Shown here: one piece after another, positions 25,261 to 39,665 of the stretch
How the letters are laid out: each line of letters starts with the position of its first letter
Numbering within the stretch: the stretch's first letter is position 1
NCBI RefSeq assembly: GCF_006345805.1
Contig: NC_043013.1
Location: forward strand, 25,916,001-25,980,000
Origin: Octopus sinensis
Taxonomy: Eukaryota
DNA: 64,000 bases
Direction: 5' to 3'
Program-made: the position numbers and the translations under genes
The notes under the pieces: generated by a model
The model's database searches: none
What the model saw: only the letters and a program-made list of their open reading frames with translations
What the model was told of the DNA's origin: nothing

Positions 25261-26338
25261 TAGATCTGCAGAATACTGGTTTTTTGTTCTATGTCAAAGA
25301 GGAACGCTGTCATCAACCAGATGTCGATTTCTGGTCAAATATTTATTAATCTTATTTTAAACACTCTTCGGTAAATAGGCTAAAGTGGCACCTTCATCAT
25401 AGGCAAGCCTCACATCAACAGTCCCATATTTCCCCACCACTGGTTATATAAGTTTTGCTCTTTCAAATTGGTCACAGACATTTTCCAGTCTACTGGTGTG
25501 TAGCTTGCTCTATTCTTCTACTTTTCGTTCCAGTTGTTTTATATAGAACTGCCGGCAAATTAGTTTCTTGCTGGACAGATCCAGGAAACGTTCAATGTCA
25601 CATTTCTCCCACATTTCTCCAACATACATTTTGTACTCTTAAATTCATTTTCATTTATAAAACTGGCTTCCCTTATTTTCCGCGTTGCGTCTGCAAAACT
25701 GCTTACAACGGATTTGCATCGTCCGTTTTCTTTGTTCTTATTTTTTTCTTTCGATAATGATGTTGGTGGTGGAGGAGATGGCAACGTTCTCGTTGGTTTT
25801 GTTGCTTTCTGCTGTCACTGATCGCGTTTTTTTTGTTCCTGTGATGGCAGCGCGGAGATTTTTTGCAACGGAAAGTTACTTTCATACATTTCAGGTGCTA
25901 TGTTGTTTTTGTAGTTGTTATTGCTGCCGCTGCCGTTGTTGTTGTTGTTGTTGTTGTTGCTGCTGCTGCTGCCGTTGCTTGTATTGTTATTGTTGTTGTT
26001 GTTACAGCTTCAGCCATGACTGACCTTTGCAATTTCGCTGTTCTGTTCCGCGGATAACTGGCTGTTCTTTTCACCAGACGAACAATCTTCATCTGTCATA
26101 CTTATTTTTACAACGAAAATTGAGGAGTGTGTTTACTAAACAAACCCCGTTTAATCACTAAGAGCTACAGATGGAGAAAAGCTAACCAGCTCTCTGAGGT
26201 CCTGGTTAGGTTATCTATATAACTATAACAAATGTATAACATGTAACTTTACGTGACAATAGAAATAATAACAGACTTACGGGAGTGATGTGTAATACGT
26301 GGCGATAGACGAACAACTGTAACAACAACAACAATAAT

Positions 26339-26708
26339 AACAAGAGCACTCAGAGAGAGCAAACCTCCGCCAAGGCAATACCAACGTCCTCTCAACGAAT
26401 AGCCAGAGATGATTTTTAAAATGAGAATATCTGAAATAAACTCGATTACTCTCACAAACGAGAATACTAAAAATGAACCTGACCGCTCTCAAAAATTAAG
26501 TAAAAAAAGAAAAGGAAAAATAATCCAGAATGCTTGTCCGGTACCAGATCGATCCCAAAATCTAATCGGTTCGTGCCAGTCACGGGGCCAAACATCCCTG
26601 AAAGTTTCAACCGAATCAATCCAGCGGTTCTTGAGATATCATGTCCACGGACATACAAACACGATTGAAAACAATATCTCCGCCTTGGCTAAGACGGAGG
26701 CAATAATC
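26339..26708 (-). mobile_element. Helentron/DINE-like non-autonomous element
   Basis: Subterminal inverted repeat acctccgcc / ggcggagg-like, hairpin ctccgccttggctaagacggag; second copy at 36621-36950. Confidence 0.6.
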
Positions 26709-26729
26709 CTTTCTGCTATAGACACAAGG

Positions 26730-27012
26730 CGAAATGCGTAGCCGTATTTTGTCTGCCGTTACGTTCTGAGTTCAAATTCCGCCGAGGTTGACTTTACCCT
26801 TCATCCTTTCGGGGTCGATAAATTAAGTACCAGTTACGCACTGGGGTCGATGTAATCGACTTAATCCGTTTGTCTGTCCTTGTTTGTCCTCTCTGTGTTT
26901 AGTCCCTTGTGGGTAGTAAAGAAATAAGGAATTTGAACTTGGAACATAGATGCAAACAAAATACCGCTAAGCATTTCGTCCGGCATGCTAACGATTCTGC
27001 CAGTTCGCCGCC

Positions 27013-27083
<71 letters not shown>

Positions 27084-27287
27084 CCTTTCTACTGGAAGCA
27101 CAAGACCCCAAATTTGGGGGAAGGATTAAGTCGATTACATTGACCCTTGGGCGTAACTGGTACTAATTTTATCGATCTCGAAAGGATGAAAGGCAAAGTC
27201 GACCTCGGCGGAATTTGAACTCGGAACGTAGCGGTAGACGAAATTTCGCTAAGTATTCCGCCCGGCGTGCTAACGACTCTGTCAGCT

Positions 27288-27288
<1 letters not shown>
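26730..27288. mobile_element. SINE B cluster: plus copy 26730-26928, inverted head 26929-27015, (TAA)n, minus copy 27081-27288
   Basis: Core gcctttcatcctttcggggtcgataaattaagtaccag seen in both orientations. Confidence 0.8.
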
Positions 27289-28295
<1,007 letters not shown>

Positions 28296-29039
28296 TGACG
28301 AAGATTCAGTATAAAAATAAACGAACGGCGTATGAGACAACAATAAGACTGACGTGTGCGACAACAAGATCAAAACGAAGATTAAAATATAGAACAATCT
28401 AGTAATATACAATAAATGTAATCTCGTCTATCGATAAGAAAACAAAACACTGGCCGACAACAACAAAAATAATGGCGAGTATATTGTAGATTCTATATTC
28501 AAGGTCTTTCACATGCTTTCACACCCATTTACAGACATTTTTGCTTACACAAGTCTATGTACGAGACATTTACATCACAAGAAAAATAATTTCATATTCC
28601 GGCACAACGTCAGCCATTTTGTAAAGGGAAGAGAATCAGTCGATTATATCGAGCTCCAGTGTTTCACTGCTACTTGCTTTATCGACCCCGAAAGAATGAA
28701 AGGCAAAGTCGAGCTCGGTGAGATTTCAATGCTTGAAAATAAAGAGGCGGAAGAAATGCTGTTAAGCATTTGGTTCGGTGAGTTAATGATTCTGCCAACT
28801 TCGCCGCCTTAAATCGCAAGAATAATAAATGCAAAAAAAAAAAAAAGATAGATGTTTTCTTTTGCTTTCTTTTTTTTTTTTGTTTCAGTCATTTGACTGC
28901 GGCCATACTGGAGCACCGTCTTTAACCGAACAAATCGATCTCGGGACTTATTCTTAGTAAGCCAAGTACTTATTCTATTGGTCTCTTTTACCGAACCGCT
29001 AAGTCACGGGGAAGTAAACACACGCCAAATGCCACATAC

Positions 29040-29285
29040 ACATCAAAGGTAACATTCCTCGCTTGTTGCTCTGAGGAGACCTCCAACAAAGGCAACCCCT
29101 TGAACACTGCCACCTACTGTTCTATTGCGCTTGTTTCCAGTATCACTAAAACGATGAACTCAGTCATTAACCACAACCAACTCTAATACTTTGAATCTCC
29201 TTTCTTCCATAATAACCCCCATTACAGCTTTCGCTAAGTCAGATCTACTGAAGACACACCCCTCTGTGTCACTCACTTGTAGGCA
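29040..29285 (+). pseudogene. CR1/L2/Jockey-group RT relic
   Basis: YCSIALVSSITKTMNSVINH...HYSFR.VRSTED. Confidence 0.5.
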
Positions 29286-29345
29286 CTAATCTCAATATCT
29301 GTTAGTAGTGCTTACAGTATACACTAAATGATACATATTAGATAA

Positions 29346-29415
<70 letters not shown>

Positions 29416-31022
29416 GAGCTTTCGCACAGTTTCCGTCTGCCAAATTCCACTCAAATAACATAGGCCAGTGAGAAGTCAGAGTAAAAGACAACTGCGCAGT
29501 ATTGTTAGGATCGAACTAAAAACCATGTGATTGCAAAGAGTAATTCTAAACCGCATATCCATAATACTCACAAGAAAGTAAACGCAAAATGTGGCTACAC
29601 AAGATGGAGAGAGTGACATTAGAATGCGCCATGAAGGCCACGGAACACTCGATAGCATACTGCTGAGATGTAGAATTTTAATGAAGTCAAAATACATGCG
29701 CAGACATGAACGAAAAAGAAAACATATTCAAATTTTATAGATAGTTACATTCATAAACAAATCATAGAGGACAAATGTTAGAAAATACAAACCAGGTGGT
29801 ATCACCGACGAGACAGCGACCAAGTTGCAAAGCTCTAAGACATGTCTTAGAAAGTTAATTGGGAAATGGATACTAATTAGCAGAACCTCATTATCATGAA
29901 GTTTATAATTAGGAATGAGTATGCATGTTTACATAAACGCATCAATTCCTTCTAGTTAGCATGCTGCTCATCAATGTCTCTAAAAACGATGACCTACATG
30001 ATACTCTAAACATCGCACAATCCTACCAGCTTACAATGGAATTCTTTATGGTTCTCTCGATCTGCCACGATTTTTTAAAATATTTCATCTCAAATGTTGG
30101 TCCAAGGTCAGCGAGTTCAGGAGGGGGGGGTAAGTCGTTTATATTACCGCCCCTCCCCAGTGTTCAACTGGTACTTATTTTATCGGCTACGAAAGGACAA
30201 ATAGCAAAGTCGGCTTCAACAGAAATAGAATTGTTTAATATTTTTTAAATAATCCCTAAAGCGGCAAGCTGACAGAATCGGTAGCGCGCCAGACAAAATG
30301 CTTAGCGGCATTTTGTCAATCTTTACGTTCTGAGCTCAAATTCCACCGAGGTCGACTTTGTCTTTCATCCTTTCGGGGTCTATAAAGTAAGTACCAATTG
30401 AAAAGTAGAATCGATGTAATCGACTCACCCTTTCATCAAAATTGCTGGCATTGTGCCAAAATTTGAAACTAATATTTTAAAAATCTACAAGTGGTGGTGG
30501 TGGGGGTGGGGAGAAGATCCAAATTTTCTGCAAACCCCACCCACGTTAGCGCCCGAAACAAACAAAAGAAAGACACATTGTGCAATATAGTTAGGATGTT
30601 CGCTTCGCAATTATAAGGTCCCGGTTTCTTTCCTCACAGCGTAACATCATGAACAAGTGGTTTTCCCATCAGTTCTAAGTCAGTTGAAAACTTGTGAGTT
30701 AAATTAAGCTGACTTTGTGGAAACCCATTCGGTAGATTGTAATAGACGGAAGCTGGAATTCAAAGGTCCAGCTTTGTTACATATTGTGTGGTCCTGATTC
30801 GTCCTGAGAATAGCGTTAAAGACATATATGACTGCGGAGTACTCGGTCACACGTAGTGTCTAGGTTGACCATGCATCTACGTATGTACTGACCAGACCTA
30901 GGCGAATTTTTTTTTTTTTTTTTTGGAAGGCTAGTAGTTTGTGGCTGCAGAGATACCGCGTGGTTGGCTATCAAAACGCCTGGTCCTCAAGCACATCCGT
31001 TAATCTATTCTAGATTGGTCCC

Positions 31023-31083
<61 letters not shown>

Positions 31084-32149
31084 ACCAACCCAGAAATAAA
31101 TAAGAGGCAAAGTTGACTGCAACGGGATTTGAACTCAGAATGGCGTGCCTTTCCATCTAGCGATCTAATGACTGCCGTTTCATGTTCACTTAACGAATTA
31201 GTTCTGTTGGCCGACCAAGTGAATGAGCATTGTAGAAACCAATTTGCTTGTATATCATCTGACGATGATATACAAATAGATGGGATAGCCACAGTTGGAA
31301 TGTCTTTGATCATAAGTCTACCCAGCCAAGACTGAATTGAAGTTTATCAACAACAATGACGGCGGTGGCGACGACAGCAAGAACAGCAACATAATCCTAT
31401 TTAAATAGTAATTTTCATTACCCCTTAAACATCCGTATATTGGTGTCGACTTAGTGCAACTCGAACACCTGACGTCAGACAAACTGCTTCAGCGAACAAA
31501 GCCACGCAAGAACATTCTCCAACTGAAGCATAACCGCCAAAGTCTCCCTCAACAGCACAAAGACCGCACAATCACTACGTAGATAAAAGGAAACGGTCTG
31601 ACTCCACATCCATTCAAAAGATCTGAACCACCAAATTCTCTTGAGTTTACAAACAACCATCTTGAAAAGTACTGCGGGTATTTTAGCCTGGAAAAAAATA
31701 ATAAAAAGGCCACGATTGGAAGCCTCTACGTGCTCAATTAACCAGCTAGAAAAAGCAGCTATATGTTTTTTAAAACCACACCCTAACATCTTAAAAAACG
31801 AAAGACCCTTAGGAATTTATGTAATCCTGATTATACAAAAAAAAGTAGGTTTTACTTGGCTGTAAAGATTTTGATTACAAATTTGTTTGATCAGAGTTGA
31901 CTTGCGGTTGAAGATCAAGACGGTGTTGCCATAAATGGAAAGGCTTTGATCGTAACTCTACTCAATCAGAACTGATCTAGAAGTAAAGAACAACAACACT
32001 ATTGATCTCGATGCACATAAAGCTATAAATAATTAACAAGAGAATATTGGTTTCAAATTCTGGTCACGGATTTAGACCAGCTTTATGGTTTGTCAACCAA
32101 CGAGCAGGATGTTTCTATGGGACACCACTCGTGTGGATGGACGTTGGCT

Positions 32150-32860
32150 CACAATGAGTTCCATCCATCTTTGGCTCAAATTCTCCTCAGAAGCCTGGAG
32201 CTGGCTGCCATTGAAGTTGGTCTTCCAATTAACCACTCGAAGGCAAAGACCAGAATCATTGGTAAAAAAATGCTGGTGCGAGTGATCTTACACTTTCATC
32301 GCACCCATTGAGTCAGATGCCCATTTCTACAACCTGAGCTCTCGTATTCGCACAGCCAACACACTTATTAAACATTGGTAAAGCAATAACATAGCCAGAA
32401 ACAAGATATGGAAAATTTGGAAAGCACCACAATTGTCATGTGACCTAAAACTACACTTGTTTCGTGCTACAGTAGAATATATTCTACTCTACGGCTCTGA
32501 ATGCTGGTCTCTTACGGTGACCTAACAGCGATTATTAGACGGCACGTACACTCGACTTCTGTGACTTTAACATCTCTTAAGCTGACCACATATCAAACAT
32601 GCTACGATATGGATTTTTACTGCCCATCAACCAGACAATCAAAGATGGTTATACTTCGCAGCCACTCTCTATTCTCGAATCAACCCGTGAGGGCGTTCAG
32701 ATCTCATGGTAAGGTTCGTATGATGTATGTCCGTGAATCTATACGGGAGGGGACTGTGCGATGTCTCAGAGTTGGCACGCGCAATGCCATCTCGCACGGC
32801 CTGGAGGGAAAGTTGTTCTCGAGTTGGGGGTCATCGTCTACGAGTGATGAGGCGTAGACT
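32150..32860 (+). pseudogene. RTE/RTE-X LINE C-terminal relic
   Basis: LLRSLELAAIEVGLPINHSK, IWKAPQLSCDLKLHLFRATVEYILLYGSECWSLT..LDGTYTRLL. Confidence 0.75.
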
Positions 32861-32889
32861 AAGAAGATGTGGTTTGATTCCTTACTGGC

Positions 32890-33175
32890 CCTCCATCGGT
32901 TACGACGACGAGGGTTCCAGTTGATCCGATCAACGGAACAGCCTGCTCGTGAAATTAACGTAAAAATAGATGAGCAACCCACAGACACGCGTACCCCAAG
33001 CCTAGTTCTCAGAGAGATTCAGAGTGACATTATGTGTGACAAGGTTGGTCCTTTGAACTACAGATACTAACACTCATTATTGCCAGATGAGTAGACAGGC
33101 GCAACAAGGAGTTAAGTGTCTCGCTCAAGGACACAACACACCGCTGAGAATACACCAATCACTAAGCTACGCGCC
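32890..33175 (-). mobile_element. SINE family C
   Basis: Tail gttgatcggatcaactggaaccctcgtcgtcgtaaccga and ccttgagc box; homologous to 42290-42540. Confidence 0.7.
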
Positions 33176-34809
33176 TTTACACGTCTTTAATTCCTTACTT
33201 TCTTCCTAGCAGACGCATCAGTAGCAGATCAGCTAAGATCATATTCACAGTCGCCGGATATTGCAGCATTAAAGCTACTATCGTCAAAATAAACTGAAAT
33301 CTGAAATACTGGTTTCACATTTTAGCACACGGCCAGAAACTTCGAGAGAGGGGTAAGCTGATTACATCGCCTCCAAGGCTCAACTGGTACTTATTTTGTC
33401 GAACCCAAAAAGATGCAAGGCAAAGTAACCCTCAGCGGAATTTGAACTCAGAACGCAAAGACGGACGAAAAGTCGCCAAGTATTCTGTCCGGTGTGCTAA
33501 CAATTCTACCAGCTCTGAAATATATTCTATTCAGTTCAACATCTAATTAAAACGAAATACAGTTTTAAAAAATGTCGTTTCATGAAAATTAAGAAACGAA
33601 TCAACAACCTAATACCAAGATGGAAAACGGTTTTTTTTGTAGATAAAAACCATTGAAAATTTTTTAGTTCAACATAATAATTAACTTTTTAATGATAGCC
33701 GTCCATGTGTAAGGTTATTCCATCGCTGACATGTTTTCGTACACAACAGCTAGGGCGGATGTGTGTGCACTACTTACTGGCTTCAGGCAACATTTGTGCT
33801 GGCCACTCATTGAATCGATTTCTATGACATAAGTCTTCTGTATACAAAAATAAATATACAGACACTTGCATAATTCGCAAACACACGCACACACGCGCGC
33901 GCGCATGCATACGTGCAAATAGTAAGTCCATTCAAATATACATACACACATACACACACACACACACCAAGATGCATGGCCATCAATCATAGCTGATGAT
34001 CTAAGCTTTCTAGACGTTTCATAATCGCTAAAGTTGATAATTGGATTCTAATCTGTATATTATGGACGTGTGCAATGACATCACATTTCTGTTTCAATTA
34101 CGTAAAACCCTGCAAGACGGCAGAAACTCGCTGTGATTGATGTCTAAACTGCGTTCTATGTAATAACCAAAACCTCGGTTCGGTCACAGATTTTGCCGAA
34201 CTCTTTATTGCTTAGTGATTTCACTCATTAGACTGCGGCCATGATGGGGCACTGCCTTGATTTTTATCTCTCTACCCTGAAGACGGAGACCGGATCTATC
34301 CAATGTTTATTTGCTTCCATTCCTGGATGCATAATCTGGTGAAATACATCTGCCAACATTATGAAGTAACTCCGAGCCCCTAGAAACAGCTGTTGGACTT
34401 GTAACACTATACCTTTCCCACTTTATTTTTCTATGTCTTTGTAAGTTTGCCCTGTTGATATATAAATATCTATATATTTATACACGACAATTCATCGCCT
34501 GAAAAATTTCAGTCTTTGCTTTCTCTCTGTTTACATGTATACATGTATGATTATTTTGTATATCAAATCCAAGAAATTGTATTTGTTTAATTGCATCGTT
34601 GTCTCTATATCTGCTCAGCGGGTTTCCTCTTACAGCCACTCTTTATCCCGCAGTCTTTGTCCTCGGCAAAGTTTTCGGAGTGTAAGTTCAAATCATTTGA
34701 GCGCTACTAAGTGTTTTCTATATTGAACATCTCTGAATCTCTGGATGTATTATGTGTGTGTGTGTGTGAGTGCGTGCGTGCGTGCGTGCGTGTGTGTGTG
34801 TGTGTGTGT

Positions 34810-34859
<50 letters not shown>

Positions 34860-36468
34860 TGTGTGCATGTGTGTGTGTGTGTATGTGTGTGTCTATACGC
34901 AAACACACGCGCGACGAGCTTCCACGCTGTTTTTTGTCTAGCAAATTCACCGTCCGATTGATCGAAACCATGATGTGATTGGAAAGATTATATATTGTCG
35001 TGGTGTCAGAAAGGAAAAGGTCAGTGTCTGGATAACTGATTTCAAATTTTGGCACAATGTCAGTAATTTCGGGCCAGAGCTCAAGTCGATTACATCGACC
35101 TCAGCGCTCAAGTAAAACTTAACTTATCGATCCCAAAAGGATGAATAGGAAAGTGAACCTCGGTGGAATTTGAACTCAGAATGTAAAGACGGATAAAATG
35201 CCGCTGAGCATTTTGCCCGGCGCGCAAACGATTTTGCCATCTCATTACCTTCTGGATCACTGAGATTGCATTCTGTTTTCAGTTTTGTATCGCATCTACA
35301 TTGTGCCAGTTGTGCTCTTTGAGAGAGACATATGTATGACCACCTCTCCACTCTCTTTTCTAAAACATAGGGCATTTGTGTAAAGCTAAAATAAAATAAG
35401 ATATAAACAATGCTTAACTAGTTTTATATTTTATCGATCCCAGGAAAAATGAAAGACTAAAGTCGACTTCGGTGTGGGTTGAACTCAGAAAGTAAAAGGT
35501 CATAACAAAATAGTGCAAGTCATTTTGTCCAACGCTTTCACGATTCTGCCGTCCTGTAATCCGATATTAAAATTTTCATTAATATTTCCGACTCATGCTT
35601 GATTAAACAACTACAATGCGTAAAACAATGTTAAGTGATTTTCTCTTACAACTTAACGACAGTTTCTATGATGCCGTTCAAGTACCTTCGTTCTACACTT
35701 CGTAAATGTAGCAATGAATACATAATGTCGGTTAGTTCAGTTCATGATTTTGGAATTAAATTTGTCGCATTACCATAGTGACATTATTTCAAGTAGATAA
35801 CCTCAAGTGACATATCTAAATACACAGCTTGGGTTAAGGTAGCGATGTGCCTGTAGCATTTGTCATAAAGGAGATATTAATTTAAAAAAAAAATACGAAC
35901 AGATATTAAAACAAATCTGTTTGCTTGCATAGTAAGTTCATGTACATAATAAAGCATATTTTCAAGATTTCGCATGAACAAACTTGTTGATCTACGAAAA
36001 ATGTCTGTGTATATGAAAAATTTCACATGCACACTATATTCTGCTTAGACCAATAGCGCTTTTTAGTTCATTTTTAATCCCTTTCAATGTCGAATAATAA
36101 GAACGATCTTCACTGCAGTTGGTAACCATTGGCGACAAATAGATATGTAACGTGTTTTCAAGGCATCTTCTGCATTTACATTTTCTGCGAAGAACTGTCA
36201 GTTATCAAGCAGTAATTTACAACGTCTTTCTTTGATATCATTACAAGAAACAAATATAAGGCGGCGAACTGGCAGAATCGTTAGCATGTCGAGGAAGAAA
36301 ATGCTTAGCGACTTTCGTCCACTTTTACGTTCTGAGTTCAAATTCTACCGAAGTCGAGTTTGCCTTTCATCAGGTTTAGATGTCGAAGATGCATCGCATA
36401 TTACAAAGGTGCCGTCACGGCCCATGAGCATTTGAAGGTTCAAGGCAAGTGTTTTTTTTTTGTCAGCG

Positions 36469-36540
36469 GGTAGTTTAGCTTAATGGCAAAACACTTGGAC
36501 GGAGTCTTCAAGGGATGTGGGTTCGAGTCCCATGGCTGTT
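36469..36540 (+). pseudogene. Degenerate tRNA-like sequence (tRNA pseudogene or SINE head)
   Basis: tagcttaatggcaaaac D-arm/A-box; gtggg-ttcgagt-cccat T-arm; acceptor ggtagtt/ggctgtt pairs mostly by G-U; anticodon loop non-canonical. Confidence 0.45.
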
Positions 36541-36620
36541 TGTTGACAAATTTTTCCGATCTGTTAGGGAAATTTGCCCAATATTTCTACTGTTCTAACG
36601 GCGTTTCTGGGTTCTAAAAT

Positions 36621-36950
36621 AAACAAGAGCCCTCAGAGAGCGCAAACCTCTGCCAAGGCAACAACGTCCTCTCAACGATAAGCCAGAGATGATTTTTAAA
36701 ATGAGAATATCTGAAATAAACTCGACTGCTCTCAAAAATTAAGTAAAAAAACAGGAAAAATAACCCGGAATCCTTTTCCGGTACCGGATCAATCCCAAAA
36801 TCTAATCAGTCTGTGCCAGTCACGAGGCCAAAGATCCCTGAAAGTTTCATCCGAATCCATCCAGCGGTTCTTGAGATATCTTGTCCGTGGACAAACAAAA
36901 AAACACGACTGGAAACAATACTTCCATCTTCGCTAAGGTGGAGGTAATTA
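36621..36950 (-). mobile_element. Second Helentron/DINE-like copy
   Basis: Homologous to 26339-26708 with an internal deletion. Confidence 0.6.
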
Positions 36951-38446
36951 TCATCTTATTTGTATCTTACAATACACATTTCGACGCTTATAAAAACAAA
37001 TGTTAGCTTGTTTATATATATATATATAATATAATATAATATAATATAATATATACATGCACACACACACACATACACACACACATACACACATATATAT
37101 ACAGAGAGAAAGAGAGACAGAGAGGGGGCAATGAAATAGTTTTCAATAAATATATTTTACTACTAATTTAATCATACTTGCTATAAATACATTATAGATT
37201 TGAAATATACTTCAGACGTCACTATTCTCTTCCTACCACCATGCCATCCCATGGCATAAGAACTTGCCCAAATGTATAAAATTTCCTAACTGATTGTTCA
37301 AATTGCAGAGGCTTTGTCTCTTCTTTTGCGAAAGAAAATACTTCAGACTCCAAAGGTTACTGTGCTTTTCGACGTTCTTGTGCAACTCATGTTCGAGTAT
37401 TGCTCACATTTCTCTGAAAGTGTGGCTGATATAATCACATAAATTCCTAGACCAAACGAAAACTCTCCTGGCGTGATGTCAAACATTTAATTAGCAATAT
37501 ATAACAAATATTTTTTTCATTTATGCGTTGTATCCTATTTGTCTATCTGTCTCATATCTTTTAAGCGTTACTATAATACAAAAAAAAATCGTTATTTGTA
37601 TTAATGATGATTCGCATATTTTTTTTATTAATACGCTCCGGCAGAATGAATCGAACGCGCATATGCTAGTCAGTGTTGTTGCCGCAAAAGGGAAAACTTA
37701 TTCATGAATCTGTCAGAAGGATGCTAATCATCTTTATAATAGAATAAAGATTTAGGACAACGTACTATAAACCATAGCGATGGAGTATCCACGTCCCTTA
37801 GTAATCTAGAATCAGTTATGTACTTAGTTCGACATCGATTATCCTAAACTGAAGATATTTTCTGAATTGTACGATTCTCTCAACGGAATACACTTTGTGA
37901 CATTCCTTTTAACAAATATTTTAATATTATACATTTTTATTACCGTTGATATTTTCGTTCGTATTGTATCAATGTTCTCTCTCATAACGCTGAGTCATCA
38001 TAGTCAAACATTACATGAAACCAAACAAACTTACGCCGAACCATTTCATTCCCGGTGTGTGTATTGTTTGTATGAATTTCCCTGAATACGAAGTTTCACA
38101 TCTTTTAAGGAGGGCATAAGCAGTTTTAAATCTAGTTCAATTTAACGATCGCAGAAGGCTGAAAGGCAAAGAAAATCTCAGCGAAATGTGAGAGCGTAGC
38201 GTGACGTCACTAAAATACTATCATCCATATTTTTATTCGCTATTTTAAAGATTTCCTTATTCACCTTCCTCGCTGTTTGTTCTAGCCCTTTCACTGCGTT
38301 ATTAAATTTCATGGTCGTTCTCGTAATGATGTCAATTAGCCACCATAAAATAGAGTTGATATATTCTGCTTCTGTAATACATTTTAGTGTCTCCCGTGAA
38401 TACAGTTTTCATATCCACCAACAAAAACTAAAAGTGTTTGATTCTT

Positions 38447-38816
38447 GTGATGGTTTGTTGCCAACTTAATGTGGAAGTCCCAGGAAAAGGAAGAATGCTA
38501 CTGCTATTTAGCCCCCAAAAAACATCGTTTCTAGTTGCTGTAGATCAGTGAATTTATTTCACTTGAAACAGCGAGTTAACACCGACAGCTAGCAAGGCCA
38601 AGCTATTCCAGACTGATGAAGAGCAACATCCCTGAAATTAGTCTCTGAATTCTGGCTTTGTTGAGTGGAGGTGCTTATCTCCCTTGTTTGAAAACTTAAA
38701 GACACAGGACGCTTGTGTCACGTAGCCAACTAGAAAAGGTGTTTCCTAGGGCTAAATAGCAGTAGCATTCTTCCCTTTCCTGGGTCTGCCACATTAAGTT
38801 AGCAACAAACCATCAC
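38447..38816. repeat. Long inverted repeat (~95-bp arms) enclosing a hammerhead motif
   Basis: 38447-38514 vs 38749-38816: 68 bp with ~5 mismatches, extending inward to ~38540 and ~38725; no clear TSD. Confidence 0.9.
38604..38650 (+). ncRNA. Minimal type I hammerhead ribozyme motif
   Basis: attccaga-CTGATGA-agag(caacat)ccct-GAAA-tta-GTC-tctgaat; core intact, one stem II mismatch, stem III loop TTAG (palindromic form would be CTAG). Confidence 0.6.
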
Positions 38817-39460
38817 TTTATCGTGCTGTTGCTGTATAACTCTCAATGAGAGATTTAAAAATGCAATATTTCTAATTTTGTTTGATTCTTGCTCTGTAAC
38901 AAAAAAAAAAAGACATTTGATGAAACATTTGCAAAAAGTTAAGAAAACTCTGAAAACTTATCTTTTGTGAAAAGTCTCAATGGGGATGTCTCCGCTTCTT
39001 TCACCATAAAGCGAGGGTTTTTATTTTCTTTTTTCAAACCTGTATGGTAAAAATCGCTCTCTGCAGTTAATAGTAATAAGATTTTGAGCGGATATATCCG
39101 CTTTCTGCTTCAAAGAGTTAATATATAGAATAATAAGTGAATCAGAAGAAATGGATGGAACAATGTAAAAAAATTGTTTTAAAATATAGGGGATGGGAAC
39201 TATGATTTATTTATTTTTTCAAGTAAGATTTTAAATATTAAAACTGATTACGAAACTGAATAATCAATTCCCAAAATTTTCAATCAACAACAAAACTGTT
39301 TAGTATAATCTACATCAAAATAGTTACTGCGCCATATATTCTCTTATTGATTATAGAATTAGTTGCACTCTGATTTCTCTCCCTCTGTTTTGTCTTCTTT
39401 GTTGCTGTGTCTTCAAACTGAACATATTTTTTTTTATGGCAGTATGATCTTTATCTTGAC

Positions 39461-39494
<34 letters not shown>

Positions 39495-39589
39495 GTAACA
39501 ACAACAACAACAACAAAGACGATGGAAACATCAACAGCAATAAAAACAACCACAAAAACATACATATCTATGTTTGCGTTATATATATT

Positions 39590-39621
<32 letters not shown>

Positions 39622-39665
39622 CATAAATATACATACATGTATATGTATACATACATCCATATATA

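Noticed and set aside
39087-39102. 16-bp perfect palindrome agcggatatatccgct
   Set aside because: About one or two such palindromes are expected by chance in 64 kb.
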